The notes under the pieces were generated by a model, which was not told where the DNA came from, made no database searches, and saw only the letters and a list, made by a program, of their open reading frames with translations. A DNA stretch of 63,825 nt, taken from positions 52,480,434-52,544,258 of the forward strand of contig NC_081354.1 of assembly GCF_030684315.1 (NCBI RefSeq), given 5' to 3'. The translations under genes were made by a program, and so were the position numbers. The number at the start of each line of letters is the position of its first letter. Positions within the stretch are counted from its first letter, which is position 1. This DNA comes from Stegostoma tigrinum. Taxonomy: Eukaryota. Of the stretch, positions 1 to 12,205 are shown in pieces.

Positions 1-445
1 TGATGATGTGTCCATCCTGGGCCCCCTCCAGTATCACAATGACACCATCCGTAACTGGAGGAGCAGCACCTCATATTCCGCCTTGGGAGCCTACAATCTG
101 GTGGCCTAAATGAGGACTTTACCACCTTCAAAATCTCCCACCCCCAGCCGCCTCTTGTGACCAACCCTCCCTCTCATTCCCGCCTCCTTGACCTGACACA
201 GTCTGTTCATTTTTTCCACCAATCAGCTTCTCCCACCTCATTGACCAATCCCCACTACTTCCTACCTACACCCATCTATCACAATCCCAACTACCTTTCC
301 CAACCCAACCCCTTCTCTCTATTTATTCTGGCTCCCTTCCCCCTATCCAATTTGTAAAAAAAGGTCCCAACCGAAAGCGTCAGCTTTCCTGCTCCTGTGA
401 TGCTGCCTGGCCTGCTGTGTTCTTCCAGCTCCACTCTATTATCTA
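1..445 (+). mobile_element. Penelope-like element 3' fragment (decayed GIY-YIG C-terminus, pyrimidine-rich UTR, terminal repeat)
   Basis: Similar to the EQQLIFRLGTLQP.G.N region and the tgctgcctggcctgctgtgttc end of the better-preserved copies in this window. Confidence 0.8.
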
Positions 446-974
446 TAAAATTAATCGAGGTTTTGATTTATATGGGAATAATGCTGAGATTTGTCGTCAC
501 AGTTTAGAAATGTCATAGGATTTTTAAATGTATACACATTTTGGTTAAATGCTAAGTATCAATTATCTTTGATAGAAAAAGAATAGAATGACAAACAGCC
601 TACATTGATCATGTCTATTACTGTAGTGTACTTGCGTAAACATCTTCGATGTGGATATTTTTTCTCTTTTGAAGGAAAATCATATATCTGAAATGTTAAA
701 TCTTGTTTCTTTTTGCATAGATGTGCCGAGCATTTCTGACTATTTCTGTTGTTTGTGGGTTTCCAATGTCTGCAATATCGTACTTTGTGTTTTACTTTTC
801 ATATAATCAAGTTCATGACCAGAACAATTCTGGCTAATTATTAGCCCTCGGACAGTAGGAGGACAAAGAAGGGCCTAAGAAGTGTCAGAGTAACATTCTC
901 TGCAGTTGGTTAAATTAATCTGTTCGTTCCCGTTTCAGGGATAGCATCGACAGTTTGCAAACGTAATGCATTAG

Positions 975-1340
975 CTAAGGCTCAGTTGGCCGCACTCTTG
1001 CTTCTTAGTCTGAAAGTTCAGAGTTCATCTTCCATTCTGTGATATGGGCATATGGGTCTAGATTGACACTCCAGATGCCATTTTTTCAATAAGATTGGTA
1101 CCATTTACCCTGTCACAGGTCAACATGAAAGGTCCCATGGCTCTAGTTTGAGGGAAAGCATCGGAGTTAAGCCCATGTCCTGGCCAAAATATAATCATGT
1201 ACAAAACAGATTTTCTGGTTTTTGCCATAGTGCTGTGTGTGGAAATTTGCTGTTCACTAATTGGTTACTTTTCCAGGTTGCAACATTGACTACAGTTCAA
1301 AGTTACTTTATTGGTCAAAAAATGCTTTGGGATGTCTAGT
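975..1340 (+). mobile_element. Decayed DeuSINE/SacSINE-like SINE
   Basis: tRNA-like head, then aaaggtcccatggc...gtcctggccaa and a tail acattgactacagttcaaagttactttattgg...gctttgggatgtc typical of Deu-domain SINEs. Similar copies at ~16.0 kb and ~61.3 kb. Confidence 0.6.
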
Positions 1341-2614
1341 AAAGATTAGATGCAGTTCTGCCTTCCTTTACAAACTGAAGAATGTGGAGCTTACTTGTGA
1401 CATAAATAAAGCCTAAAACAAGTGATTTAGCTGTACAGATAAGAAACTTTAAAGTTTCATTTCACACTGTCCTGGCAGCTTTTCAATTAAGAGACTGTAA
1501 TCGGCCTAGCCCCTTCCTGACCTTGAATGTGAAGTTAGTATCGTTTAAGACTTATTGTTTTGGTTGCCTTCCAGTGATCTGTTGACGGATATAAACACAT
1601 GGGGCATGAAAACATAACTGCTGGAAACACTGAGTATGTCAGTCAGCCTTTCAGGGGATTCTGGCAAAGAATTGTCTTCTGTCATCTCTCTCGGTGACCT
1701 TGCCCCCACCCCCATTCTCTCTCACCCTCTCTATCTCACCAAAATACATACCTACATCTTAAACAGAGTAAGGATAGGGCATTAGGACGTTTTGGGACCC
1801 TACTCACATGCATGACCTGTGAAGTGCGTGTTGTACGAATTCATTTATAGGTGGGGAATATTTCTTTTGTGCAGTGGCACACAGGATTTTCTCCTGGCAT
1901 TATGCACGTTTTCTACTATGCGTCCTTATACTATATAATGTGTAATGTGCTAATGTGTACCAGTTGTGTTGGAAAACAGATTGCTGGCTCAAGTTGCTTC
2001 ACTAAACACCCATGTCTTTTTCTGTGTTTTTATATATGGATTTTCCAAACCATGTTAAGTAGAGGTTGGGGGAAAGGATGTTTGTTCTCTTTGATAGTTG
2101 TCAGCAGTAACTCCAGTTTCAAGTTGTGTCAGGGTCAAAAGTTTCTCCCATGTGTTTTCATGCGACTGAACAGTCTAATTCTGGGGTCAACCATTCTTTG
2201 GGCACATGAAGCAGAAGTCCCATGTCATAGTGAGATCCAGAGTCAGGATTTGCTTCCTTTCCTTTCCTTCTCTGCTGGCATTCTGCCTTACCATTAAGAC
2301 AAAATGACTTAACGCGTGATGCAGCTTGATCATTGAGTTATGACCATTTGACTGGTGGGAAGCTTTTCTCAGCCATTAACGTTAATCCTGTCATACTCCA
2401 AGGAGAACTTAAGAGAATCTTTGAAGCTTTTTCTTATCCCCACTGGAATTTTGACCATTCAAAATTTGTAAAAATAGATGTGGCAGGGGAGGTGCTTTTT
2501 ATCATTGGACATTGTGCCCATTAATGTCGCAGGATGTTTGGTATAATTCTATGGAGCTGGCTACAGGAGGGACTGTAGCATTTGTTCAACTGTTATGCTG
2601 TTGAAGTGCAGTGC

Positions 2615-2845
2615 TATAGAGGAGATAATGGTGTAGTAGCCGAGTAACTGAACTAAGACTCAATCCCAAAGTAATGTTCTGGAGACATGGGTCGAATCCC
2701 ATCATGGCAGAACATCTGGAATTAAAAGTTGGTCTAATGATAACTAAGTAACTATTGCCAATTGTTATTAAAAACCCATCAGATTAACTCCTTCACTTTA
2801 GGAAAGGTAATTTGTCTGTCTGTACCTGGTCTGGCCTACATCTCC
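2615..2845 (+). mobile_element. tRNA-headed SINE, truncated (same family as 22833 and 35000)
   Basis: B-box GGGTCGAATCCC; shared body aaaacccatc...cctggtctggcctacat. Confidence 0.65.
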
Positions 2846-5144
2846 TCAGATCCTCTTCATCTGTGCTTTCCGTATGTTCAACAATGGATTGACAAAGCTC
2901 TTGGATAGCGTATTCAAACATTCACAACTCTTGAAGTGAAGACATTTTTCCTCCTCCTCTGCCCTAATTGAACGACTCAATATCATGAGCCTGCTTGACC
3001 ACATGATCTTACTCCAGTGCATCTTTTTGTTTGTCTGGTTTGCTGGGGCTGCATTCCATTCTAATTCCATTCTCATCTAGCTAATTGCAGCCAGAGAATT
3101 ACAGACAGTGAGTACTTATTTCACTCAATTACCTCTGACCCTAAGGATTCTATCCTTGGCCCCCTTCACTTTCTCACATACATGCTGCCTGCCAGTGATA
3201 TCTAAAACCAGACTTATATTTTTTATTTACTGTTCTCTTCCACACCATCACTTACCTCAACTTTTCACTGTCTCTAAATTATCAATCAGTTTGTCTGCTA
3301 TTTTTTGATAATTTTGAATTGATTATAAACAAGCTGTTGTGTTGGGCTTTGTAAGAGACTCCTCTCCCTAGTCATTAACAGCATCCTGCTTCCTGACAAA
3401 TGTTGACAATTGAATCAGGCTTTTCACAAAATTGGTGTTATGCTTTGAGCTTTCAATTACACATCCAGGCATTTGTTAAGGCTGACTGCTTTGGGAGGTG
3501 GAAACATTGTGTAACTTCAACTTTACTTCAGCTCATCTCAAGTTATTGTTATTGTTGGATTTGATAATTTGAAAATGTGCCTTAACAGTTTCTCACATTC
3601 TACCCTTTCTAAGCTTGACATCATCCAAAATTCTGCTGCATGTACTCATCTTGCACTTATTTCTCATTTGCCCACCTTGCTTATGTTTGCTAACCTGTAA
3701 TTTCAGATTCTCTTCTTTGTTTTCAAAAGTGGTCTCATCCCTCTCCTATTTCTGCAATGCTTTCTCGGCCCACAGCCTTCAGCTCACAGATATGTACACA
3801 TCTTTACTTCAGGACTCTTGAACACACCAAATTTAATTGTTCCATCAAAGGTGATTAGGCAACTCCTAAGTGTCCGAGCTGTGGAATTACATCCCTAAGC
3901 CTCTGTTGCTCTCTGTTTTCTCAATGCAAATTTGTGTCTTATAATTACTGCAACTAGATTTTCAAAAGTGAAAACTTAAAACACATAGAAAAGCTATCAA
4001 AGAGCAGTGCTGATTGCCAGTGGTGTCACAAAATGTCAGGAGTCTAGGGGAGCAGCAGTTGAACATGGGAGGTCATGTGATGACATCTTCCATAAAATGT
4101 TTAACCAGATTTAGCAACCCTATTCTGTATTTGTTTTTAAAACAATCATTATCAGCAATGGAGCTGTCAGTACCAAAAAATTGGAAGTATGCTGCCAGCA
4201 ATCTAATATCGTGTGAAAGGTGCTTATAAGAAGAACAACAAAATTTTATGCAGACAAATGTTGCCTATATTGGACAATAGGGCAAGAGGTGAAAACCAGG
4301 AAAGTTTTAGGAAGTTGAGAGGACACAAGGGCATTTAAAGAAAACCTTGGAAAGTCTTGGCAAAACCAGGCCATCTGGTCACCCAAACATTGCTTTGTTG
4401 TATTTTTAGACTTTTTTTCTGATTACAAAGGTACTGTATAAATGCATTTGTGTAAGCAGTCCACAAGTTGATGAATAAAATGTTTGGTTGAACAATACAG
4501 AAGGATTCAACTCTCTATATTGATGACCTAAACTGCATTCGTGAATCTTAAGTGTTTAAGTTGGAACCAAGTTGTAGTGGAGTATGACTGGAAATCTGGC
4601 TTAGGTTACCGTTGAGAATCCAGTGAACGATCATCAATTATAACAATCCATTTTGGTTAACATCTTGTTGTTACTGCATAATTGTAATATTTAGAACTAC
4701 CCAAGCCATTTGCTTAAAATTAAACATTGCCCATGATTCTGTTGAATGCTGTATTTAATAAGAAATGTAAAATGATTAATATTAATTCAGAGCATAAAAT
4801 TATTTTATTTTATCCAATATTAAGTTAGTTCAAAATAAATGATTCGATCCTGTAGGAATAAAGAGCTAATATTGATGAGTAGACAGTGGTGGTTAAAATG
4901 AAAATTGTAATAGAATATGGATTCAGTTTTTGAAAAGATTGCAAATCTTCACCACCTGTACAGTTTGGAATGTATCCTGCATTTCGTGGTTTCCCAATGC
5001 TGCTTACGACCTGCTTGGTTGAAAAGCATGCTTTCAATTTTGAGTTAACCTTTTAGAGCATTAAAGCAATTTGATGTGAACTTTATATAACTGTAACAGA
5101 AAAATTCCTAATCCAGTTGCTTTTGCTTTTTAAAGGAATCTGAA

Positions 5145-5234
5145 ATGGCAGAACCGCCTGCTAGAGATTCTGCAGCTGAAATTCCTGTCACCAGTAATGG
5201 AGATGCAAGTGATTCTCAAGGAGAACATAAGTGG
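5145..5234 (+). CDS. ARFIP1: Arfaptin-1 (ARFIP1), first coding exon (exon spans 5136-5234 with 9 nt of 5'UTR)
   Basis: Translates MAEPPARDSAAEIPVTSNGDASDSQGEHKW, matching the recalled vertebrate ARFIP1 N-terminus (MAQESPKNSAAEIPVTSNGE...). Pyrimidine tract plus AG acceptor at 5134-5135; phase-0 GTATGG donor at 5235. Confidence 0.92.
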
Positions 5235-5543
5235 GTATGGATAAAACATTTGTTTTGTACTTATTGTTTCAACATTAGTTTTATTCCAACCCAGTCAATA
5301 CTAGTGTTAGGTCCTGTTCTGGCAGAAACAGTTTCATGTACTGTATGATTGTTCAGTCTGTCAGACTGTTTTTGACTCTTGCATTATAATAGGTAACCAA
5401 CCCTGGCTCAGAAACTTGTGGAAGTGAGAGTATCTTGTCTGTATCTCTTAATTGAAAGACAATTAGACTTGTGCCTCGTCCTAATTTTGTCACAAAATTT
5501 CCACCAGTAATCCTAACACAAAGTTTTGAAAATGTGTTCAGGT

Positions 5544-5645
5544 CTGAAGAATAGTCGTGTTGGACTTGAAAAGTTAGCTGTTTGTTTGTCTCTCCGCAGA
5601 TGCTGCCAGTTTTGCTGAGGTTCTCCAGCATATTGTTTTTATTTC
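5544..5645 (+). mobile_element. PLE terminal-repeat remnant, family B, with a hammerhead-like core
   Basis: CTGAAGA-at-AGTC-gtgttg-GACT-t-GAAA followed by ...cagatgctgccag...ctccagca. Related copies near 13.2, 24.5, 37.5, 42.2, 46.6, 48.3-48.7, 51.9 and 60.8 kb. Confidence 0.6.
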
Positions 5646-6243
5646 AACAATGTATGCTTGACAGAACGTAACTGTGCAGTCATTTCAAGATGGATGGAGG
5701 GAAGCTGATTATATTTCAGACCTTAAATCATGTAAAATCTTTGTTCATTCCAATCAAGTATACTGCAAGACAATATGTTGTATTGGAAGCATTTAATATT
5801 TGAACACTGTTTGGACAAAGCCTGTGAAGCAATCAGGAGGTCAGTGGCCCAAACAGAACATGATAGAGCAAGTTACTGCGAAGTGCTGTTTGTTGGCACA
5901 GTTAACCACACCTTCCATCACAATATTGATGATTGAAAGTGGTCAGATGGGACCATAATTTTCCGGGTTGGATTTATCCTGCTTTTTTGTGGCAGGGCAT
6001 ACCTGGACAATTTTACCAGATTGCTGTGTAGATACCACCATCGTACCTATTGTAACAGTTTGGCTAAGGACACAGCTAATTTGGAACATAAGTTTCTACT
6101 CGTCCCAAAATACTGTCAGGACACATTGCTTTTTCAGTGTTCAATATCTTCAGTTGTTTCTTGATACCACGTTCTGATACCGTGTTGTGCTGACAGCTGT
6201 GATGTTGGGTGTCTCAGAAAGAGGATGAGTATATCATCCATTT

Positions 6244-6302
6244 GGCATGGTGGCTCAGTGGTTAGCACTGCTGCCTCGCAGCACCAGCAACCTGGGTTCG
6301 AT
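6244..6302 (+). mobile_element. V-SINE/HE1-type SINE 5' tRNA head only
   Basis: A-box TGGCTCAGTGG and B-box start GGTTCGAT; same head as the fuller copies at 9.9, 33.0 and 41.2 kb. Confidence 0.75.
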
Positions 6303-7237
6303 GGTTCGTAACTGGGAGGTTTGTTGTGAACCGAGCGGAGGTGTTCTGCAAAGCGGTCCCCAAGCCTCCGCTTGGTTTCCCCAATGTAGAGGCAGCCACA
6401 CTGGGTACAGTAAATACTGTATACCACATTGTCAGATGTGCAGGTGAACATCTGCTTGATATGGATATCCTCCGACACTTCTGCCATTTACAATCCGATC
6501 CCACCACCCGAGACATTTTTCCATCCCCACCCTTACCTACCTTCCACAGAGACCACTCTCTCCAGGACTCTCTTGTCCACTTCACACTTCCCTCCAACCC
6601 CACCACACCCGGCACCTTCCCCTGCAACCGCAGGAAGTGCTACACTTGCCCCCACACCTCCTCCCTCACCCCTATCCCAGGCCCCAAGATGACTTTCCAT
6701 ATCAAGCAGATGTTCACCTGCACACCTCCACTCGGTTCGCAGTAAACAAATGCACCTCTCAGCTGTGAACCATTTCAACTCCCCCCTCCCATTCGTTAGA
6801 CGACATGTCCATCCTGGGCCTCCTGCAGTGCCACAATGATGCCACCCAAGGGCTGCAGGAACAGCAACCCATATTCCGCTTGGGAGCCCTGCAGCCCAGT
6901 GGTATCAATGTGGACTTCACAAGCTTCAAGATCTCCCCTTTTCCCCCGCCACTGCGTCCCAAAATGAGCCCAGCTCATCCCCTCATCCCGCCTCCTTGAC
7001 CTGTCCGTCCTCCCTGGACTGACCTATCCCCTCCCTACCTTCCCACCTATACTCTCCTCTCCACCTATCTTCTCCTCTATCCATCTTCGGTCTGCCTTCC
7101 CCCCGCCGCCCTACTTATTTCAGAACGCTCTCCCCATCCCCCTCTCTGAAGGGCCTCGGCCCAATATGTGAGCTTTTGTGCTCCTAAGATGCTGCTTGGC
7201 CTGCTGTGTTTATCCAGCTTCACACTTTGTTATCTAT
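6303..7237 (+). mobile_element. Penelope-like element, 5'-truncated, with an inverted 5' segment
   Basis: 6303-6460 encodes VVYSIYCTQCGCLYIGETKRRLGDRFAEH on the minus strand; 6460-7237 reads + (RHFCHLQSDP...CNRRKCYTC...EQQPIFRLGALQPSGIN) and ends in the terminal repeat. Confidence 0.88.
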
Positions 7238-9917
7238 CTATTGCTCCAATGTGTGTTTTTGAAAAAGGACAGGGAGTGGGATGAGCCAGATTGTTTGTTT
7301 TGTTTTTTTCAGAGAGCCTTTTTGGGCTTGACAGACTAAATAGTCTCCTCTGTTTGCTATAAACATTGTATGTTTCAGTCAAAGAGTTTGCAGATCATGA
7401 TGCAGACATAAATGTTAATTACCAACACTCTGCAATTCAGGCCAATGGACAGTAGAGGCATGCTCAGTTGTGCCTACTTTGCAACATGTGATAGATGAGC
7501 TCCGAATCAAAGAGGGTAGAAATAAAGGGAAAACTGGAAGCTGAAGATTTGAATGAGGCTCAGGCCAATCAGTCATTGCCTAGTAGATGTGGAGAATTAA
7601 ACTGTTAACTTTTGACCGTGAGATTGAGACAGCAACAGTAAATCCTTCAGCTGCTATTACTGTACTGTAAAACTAAAAATTGTGAAATAGATTTCTGCTC
7701 TTTCATGTTACATGTGCTTCCTATTTCTGGATAAATAAAAGATGTTATCACTTGATTCCTCTTCATCAAGTCATAGCAACATTAGTTGCCATGCTATTAC
7801 CACAGTCTACCTGCAGATGAAATCTTTATGTCTTGTAATCTTCAGACATTTCCACTATAAGATGTGAAATGATCAATATTCTTTCATCCTCTACAGACCA
7901 TAAACATCATTGTTCTCTGGAATTCTTTCCCTAAAACCCCACCCCTCCAAATTTATCTCTGATCTGTTTGCCACCCATCTCATCTGTGCTTCTTTAATTT
8001 AACATCCATTTTGTCTGATGACCTATCATTGAACTAGCTTTGCTAATTTTGAAAGTTGAAGGTGCTTTATAAGTTTAGGTTGGTACTGATTTCCAAAGGT
8101 GAAGAAAGGAGAAATTAATTACTTGATTCCCAGGTAGCGAATTTGATTATTAAAAACCAGGAATTGTTATACATTAATGTGAAATTAATATTGCTGGACA
8201 TAGAATTTCACAGTTTAACCCAACCATCAAGGAGGTGTGTAGGTTTGTATAGATATTTTTCCAAGTAAAATGTTCATGACCGCATCTAATAGAACAATGA
8301 GGCTTTTTCTTCTGAGGGGAATGAGGAATTTAGATGTGTGTGTGGTTTGTGGATCACTTAATACGTTTGTCATCTAATAAAGTTGTTCCTACATACATGC
8401 CCTATAACAGAGACCCATACAACTACTAGAGGCCCATATAAGGGATTTCAGACTTCATGTTGATGGATGATTCAATAAGCATATTTATAAACTAATTCTA
8501 GTTTCCTAATCTTGTCTTCCTTGTACTGCCTGTAGCTGCAATCTACTGTGAATGTTAGAGAACAGTAAACCTCAGACAAGTAAAAGAGTGTAATTTAATA
8601 ACTGTTTTTCTCATTGCTGATCTTGTCGCATGTTTTAATAATGGGAAAAGTTGATGCATTAAATTGTTACTCCTAAGAAGTTTAAAATAGAAGATACCCT
8701 CAGTGCGCACAATTGAAAACCTGGAACAGAATTGGATTATATCTTCAATAATGTCAGGTAACACCACAACCACAACCAGAACCATGAAACTCTGCATCTA
8801 GGGCTTGGTTTATCCAAGGTACTATCAGCTTGCAGGGCAATGCTGATCCAGTAAGGAACATAATATTGTGAAGGAAAAATAGAGGACTTAAAATGGAATT
8901 GTTAGCGCCAAATCAATGTAAAATTGATAGTTAGTTACACAGACGTAATTGAAAAATGATGAATTTATGACGTGCTACGCAATGTTTTTCCCTTCTTCAC
9001 AGTGTCAATAACATGCTGACTAAAATTCAGACATCTTCAACTTTGATTAATCCTTTGAGAATTAATAATTGCGACATGTAATGTTACGTAATTCAGTTTT
9101 ATTACAATTTCAAGCAAGGCATCTTTGTGGCTTTTGATACATGTGAAATCATGGTCTTACATAATTGATAGAAACTTGACTAGTGCAAACTCGTGTTAGC
9201 TGGTGTTAATTCAGCGATTTGTAGCCTTTGTCTTTAATATCCTACGTACTTAGTAACTTATTGATTACATATACGAATAATCAATAACTGGGAAGGCAGG
9301 CATATAGAAAGGAAATTACTTAAGGGGTTTCTTAAATGTTTTAAATTACTTGGGACATATGCTATAATCTGAGTTTATAATTCACTTCCAAGTGTGAATT
9401 TTTTTCTGAGATAAAATGTGAGAGACTGGAATTATAATTCCAGTGTTTACTTTTATTAGGATCTGTGCTGGGACAGGCTCCCCATTTGATAGAAAAACTA
9501 AAACTGGAAATAAGGCTTTACATAATGATTTGACAGGAAGAGCTGCTTGAAATTATGAAAAAGAGAATAAAGGGCAAACTCGAAGAAGGAATAAGGATAG
9601 TGCAAACGGCCAAAAATCAAACAAATTTATACAACATAGAGGTATGAATTCGAGGAAGAGAGAAAGAGGATAATGCAGAATAGAAAAACAGTATTGATTG
9701 TTGGTACAGCATTGTATGTATTATTCAAATCAAAATCTGGAAGGAATTGTCTGTAGAGGAAATCCAGGTAAAGTAGGGGTGACAACCAAAAATACACAGA
9801 TCTGGTTCAGTAACTAAATGTTGCAGGATAGAGAAAGGAAGAAAAGTGATGAGGTAGAATGCCTGTCTTTGTTTTTTAAAGTATATATGACAAAAAATAA
9901 TGTTCGTTGAATCCATA

Positions 9918-10221
9918 CAGTGTGCAAACAGGCCCTTTGGTTCAACAACTCCACACTGACCCACAGAGCATTCAACCGAGACACATCCCCTTATAACCCA
10001 CCTAATCTACACGTTCATGAACATTATGGGCAATTTAGCATGGCCAATCCACCTAGCCTGCATGTCTTTGGACTGTGGGAGGAAACTGGAGCACCTGGAG
10101 GAAACCCACACAGATACAGGGAGAATGTGCAGACTTAACACCGACAGTCACCTGAGGGTGGAATCAAACCTGGGTCCCTGGTACTGTGAGGCAACAGTGC
10201 TAACCACTAAATCACTGTACA
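9918..10221 (-). mobile_element. V-SINE/HE1-type SINE
   Basis: Reverse complement gives a tRNA head, the V-domain (ggtttcctccaggtgctccagtttcctcccacagtccaaag) and a CR1-like tail. GAATCCATA flanks both sides (9909-9917 and 10222-10230). Confidence 0.85.
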
Positions 10222-10474
10222 GAATCCATATGGATTGAATTTTAAGATCAAAGATCTGTCATCCTAATAGAGGTATACCAAAGAACAGTCCTTCCCAAAC
10301 TCTCTCCTATTATGACGTAACTTCAGAATTTAAAAAGTACCCTGACCACAGAGTGAGAGTGGATTAAAGGTGCCAGTGATTAGGAACTGTTATCAATTTG
10401 TACATGCAAAATGATCACCTGTAGACAGTACCAGAGGTGGAACTTTGACAAAATCATCAGGGCTTTATTTAAGA

Positions 10475-12205
10475 GATAATGGGAACTGCAGATGCTGGAG
10501 AATCCAAGATAATAAAGTGTGAGGCTGGATGAACACAGCAGGCCAAGCAGCATCTCAGGAGCACAAAAGCTGTAGTTTCGGGCCTAGACCCTTCATCAGA
10601 GAGGGGGATGGGGAGAGGGAACTGGAATAAATAGGGAGGGGGGGGGGGAGGAGGACTGAAGATGGAGAGAAGATAGGTGGAGAGAGTATAGGTGGGGAAA
10701 TAGGGAGGGGATAGGTCAGTCCAGGGAAGACGGACAGGTCAAGGAGGTGGGATGAGGTTAGTAGGTGCGGCTTGGGGTGGGAGGAAGGGATGGGTGAGAG
10801 GAAGAACAGCTTAGGGAGGTAGAGACAGGTTGGACTGGTTTTGGGATGCAGTGGGTGGAGGGAAAGAGCTGGGCTGGTTGTGTGGTGCAGTGGGAGGAGG
10901 GGACGAACTGGGCTGGTTTAGGGATGTGGTGGGGGAAGGGGAGATTTTGAAGCTGGTGAAGTCCACATTGATACCATTAGGCTGCAGGGTTCCCAAGCGG
11001 AATATGAGATGCTGTTTTGGAACCTTCGGGTGGCATCATTGTGGCACTGCAGGAGGCCCATGATGGACATGTCATCTAAAGAATGGGAGGGGGAGTTGAA
11101 ATGGTTTGCGACTGAGAGGTGCAGTTGTTTATTGCGAACCGAGCGGAGGTGTTCTGCAAAGCGGTCCCCAAGCCTCCGCCTGGTTTCCCCAATGTAGAGG
11201 AAGCCACACCGGGTGCAGTGGATGCAGTATACCACATTGGCAGATGTGCAGGTGAACCTCTGCTTAATGTGGAATGTCATCTTGGGGCCTGGGATAGGGG
11301 TGAGGGAGGAGGTGTGGGGGCAAGTGTAGCATTTCCTGCGGTTGCAGGGGAAGGTGCCGGGTGTGGTGGGGTTGAAGGGCAGTGTGAAGCGAATAAGGGA
11401 GTGACGGAGAAAGTGGTCTCTCCGGAAAGCAGACAGGGGTGGGGATGGAAAAATGTCTTGGGTGGTGGGGTCGGATGGTAGATGGCGGAAGTGTCGGAGG
11501 ATGATGCGTTGTATCCGGAGGTTGGTGGGGTGGTGTGTGAGAACGAGGGGGATCCTCTTTGGGCGGTTGTGGCGGGGACGGGGTGTGAGGGATGTGTTGC
11601 GGAAATACGGGAGACGCGGTCAAGGGCAATTTCTATCACTGTGGGGGGAAAGTTGCGGCCCTTGAAGAACTTGGACATCTGGGATGTGCGGGAGTGGAAT
11701 GTCTTATCGTGGGAGCAGATGCGGCGGAGGCGGAGGAATTGGGAATAGGGGATGGAATAGGGAATGTTATCAATGTGGACTTCACCAGCTTCAAAATCTC
11801 CCCTTCCCCCACCGCATCCCTAAACCAGCCCAGTTCGTCCCCTCACCCCACTGCACCACACAACCAGCCCAGCTCTTCCCCTCCACCCACTGCATCCCAA
11901 AACCAGTCCAACCTGTCTCTGCCTCCCTAACCTGATCTTCCTCTCACCCATCCCTTCCTCCCACCCCAAGCCGCACCCACTAACCTCATCCCACCTCCTT
12001 GACCTGTCCGTCTTCCCTGGACTGACCTATCCCCTCCTTACCTCCCCACCTATACTCTCTCCACCTATCTTCTTTTCTCTCCATCTTCGGTCCGCCTCCC
12101 CCTCTCTCCCTATTTATTCCAGAACCCTCACCCCATCCCCCTCTCTGATGAAGGGTCTAGGCCCGAAACGTCAGCTTTTGTGCTCCTGAGATGCTGCTTG
12201 GCCTC
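10475..12205 (-). mobile_element. Penelope-like (Neptune-type) element with an inverted copy of its 3' end and a 17-bp TSD
   Basis: Minus-strand frameshifted thumb and GIY-YIG (VVYCIHCTRCGFLYIGETRRRLGDRFAEH). 11768-12204 is an inverted copy of 10540-10973. TSD CAGGGCTTTATTTAAGA at 10458-10474 and 12206-12222. Confidence 0.92.
12145..12172 (+). ncRNA. Minimal hammerhead ribozyme motif (PLE type)
   Basis: CTGATGA-A-GGGT(CTAG)GCCC-GAAA-CG-TC: conserved core, stem II, palindromic ACGT in place of stem III. Confidence 0.7.

Noticed and set aside
1851-2297. 148-aa ORF
   Set aside because: GTG start, Cys/Phe/Leu-rich composition typical of random AT-rich DNA, and no homology recognised.
5235-5348. 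3' part of the 67-aa ORF 5145-5348
   Set aside because: Read-through into the intron past the GTATGG donor; ARFIP1 similarity ends at 5234.
6244-6302. tRNA gene (also the heads at 35000, 41232 and 49145)
   Set aside because: A and B boxes are present but there is no complete cloverleaf, and they continue into SINE bodies.
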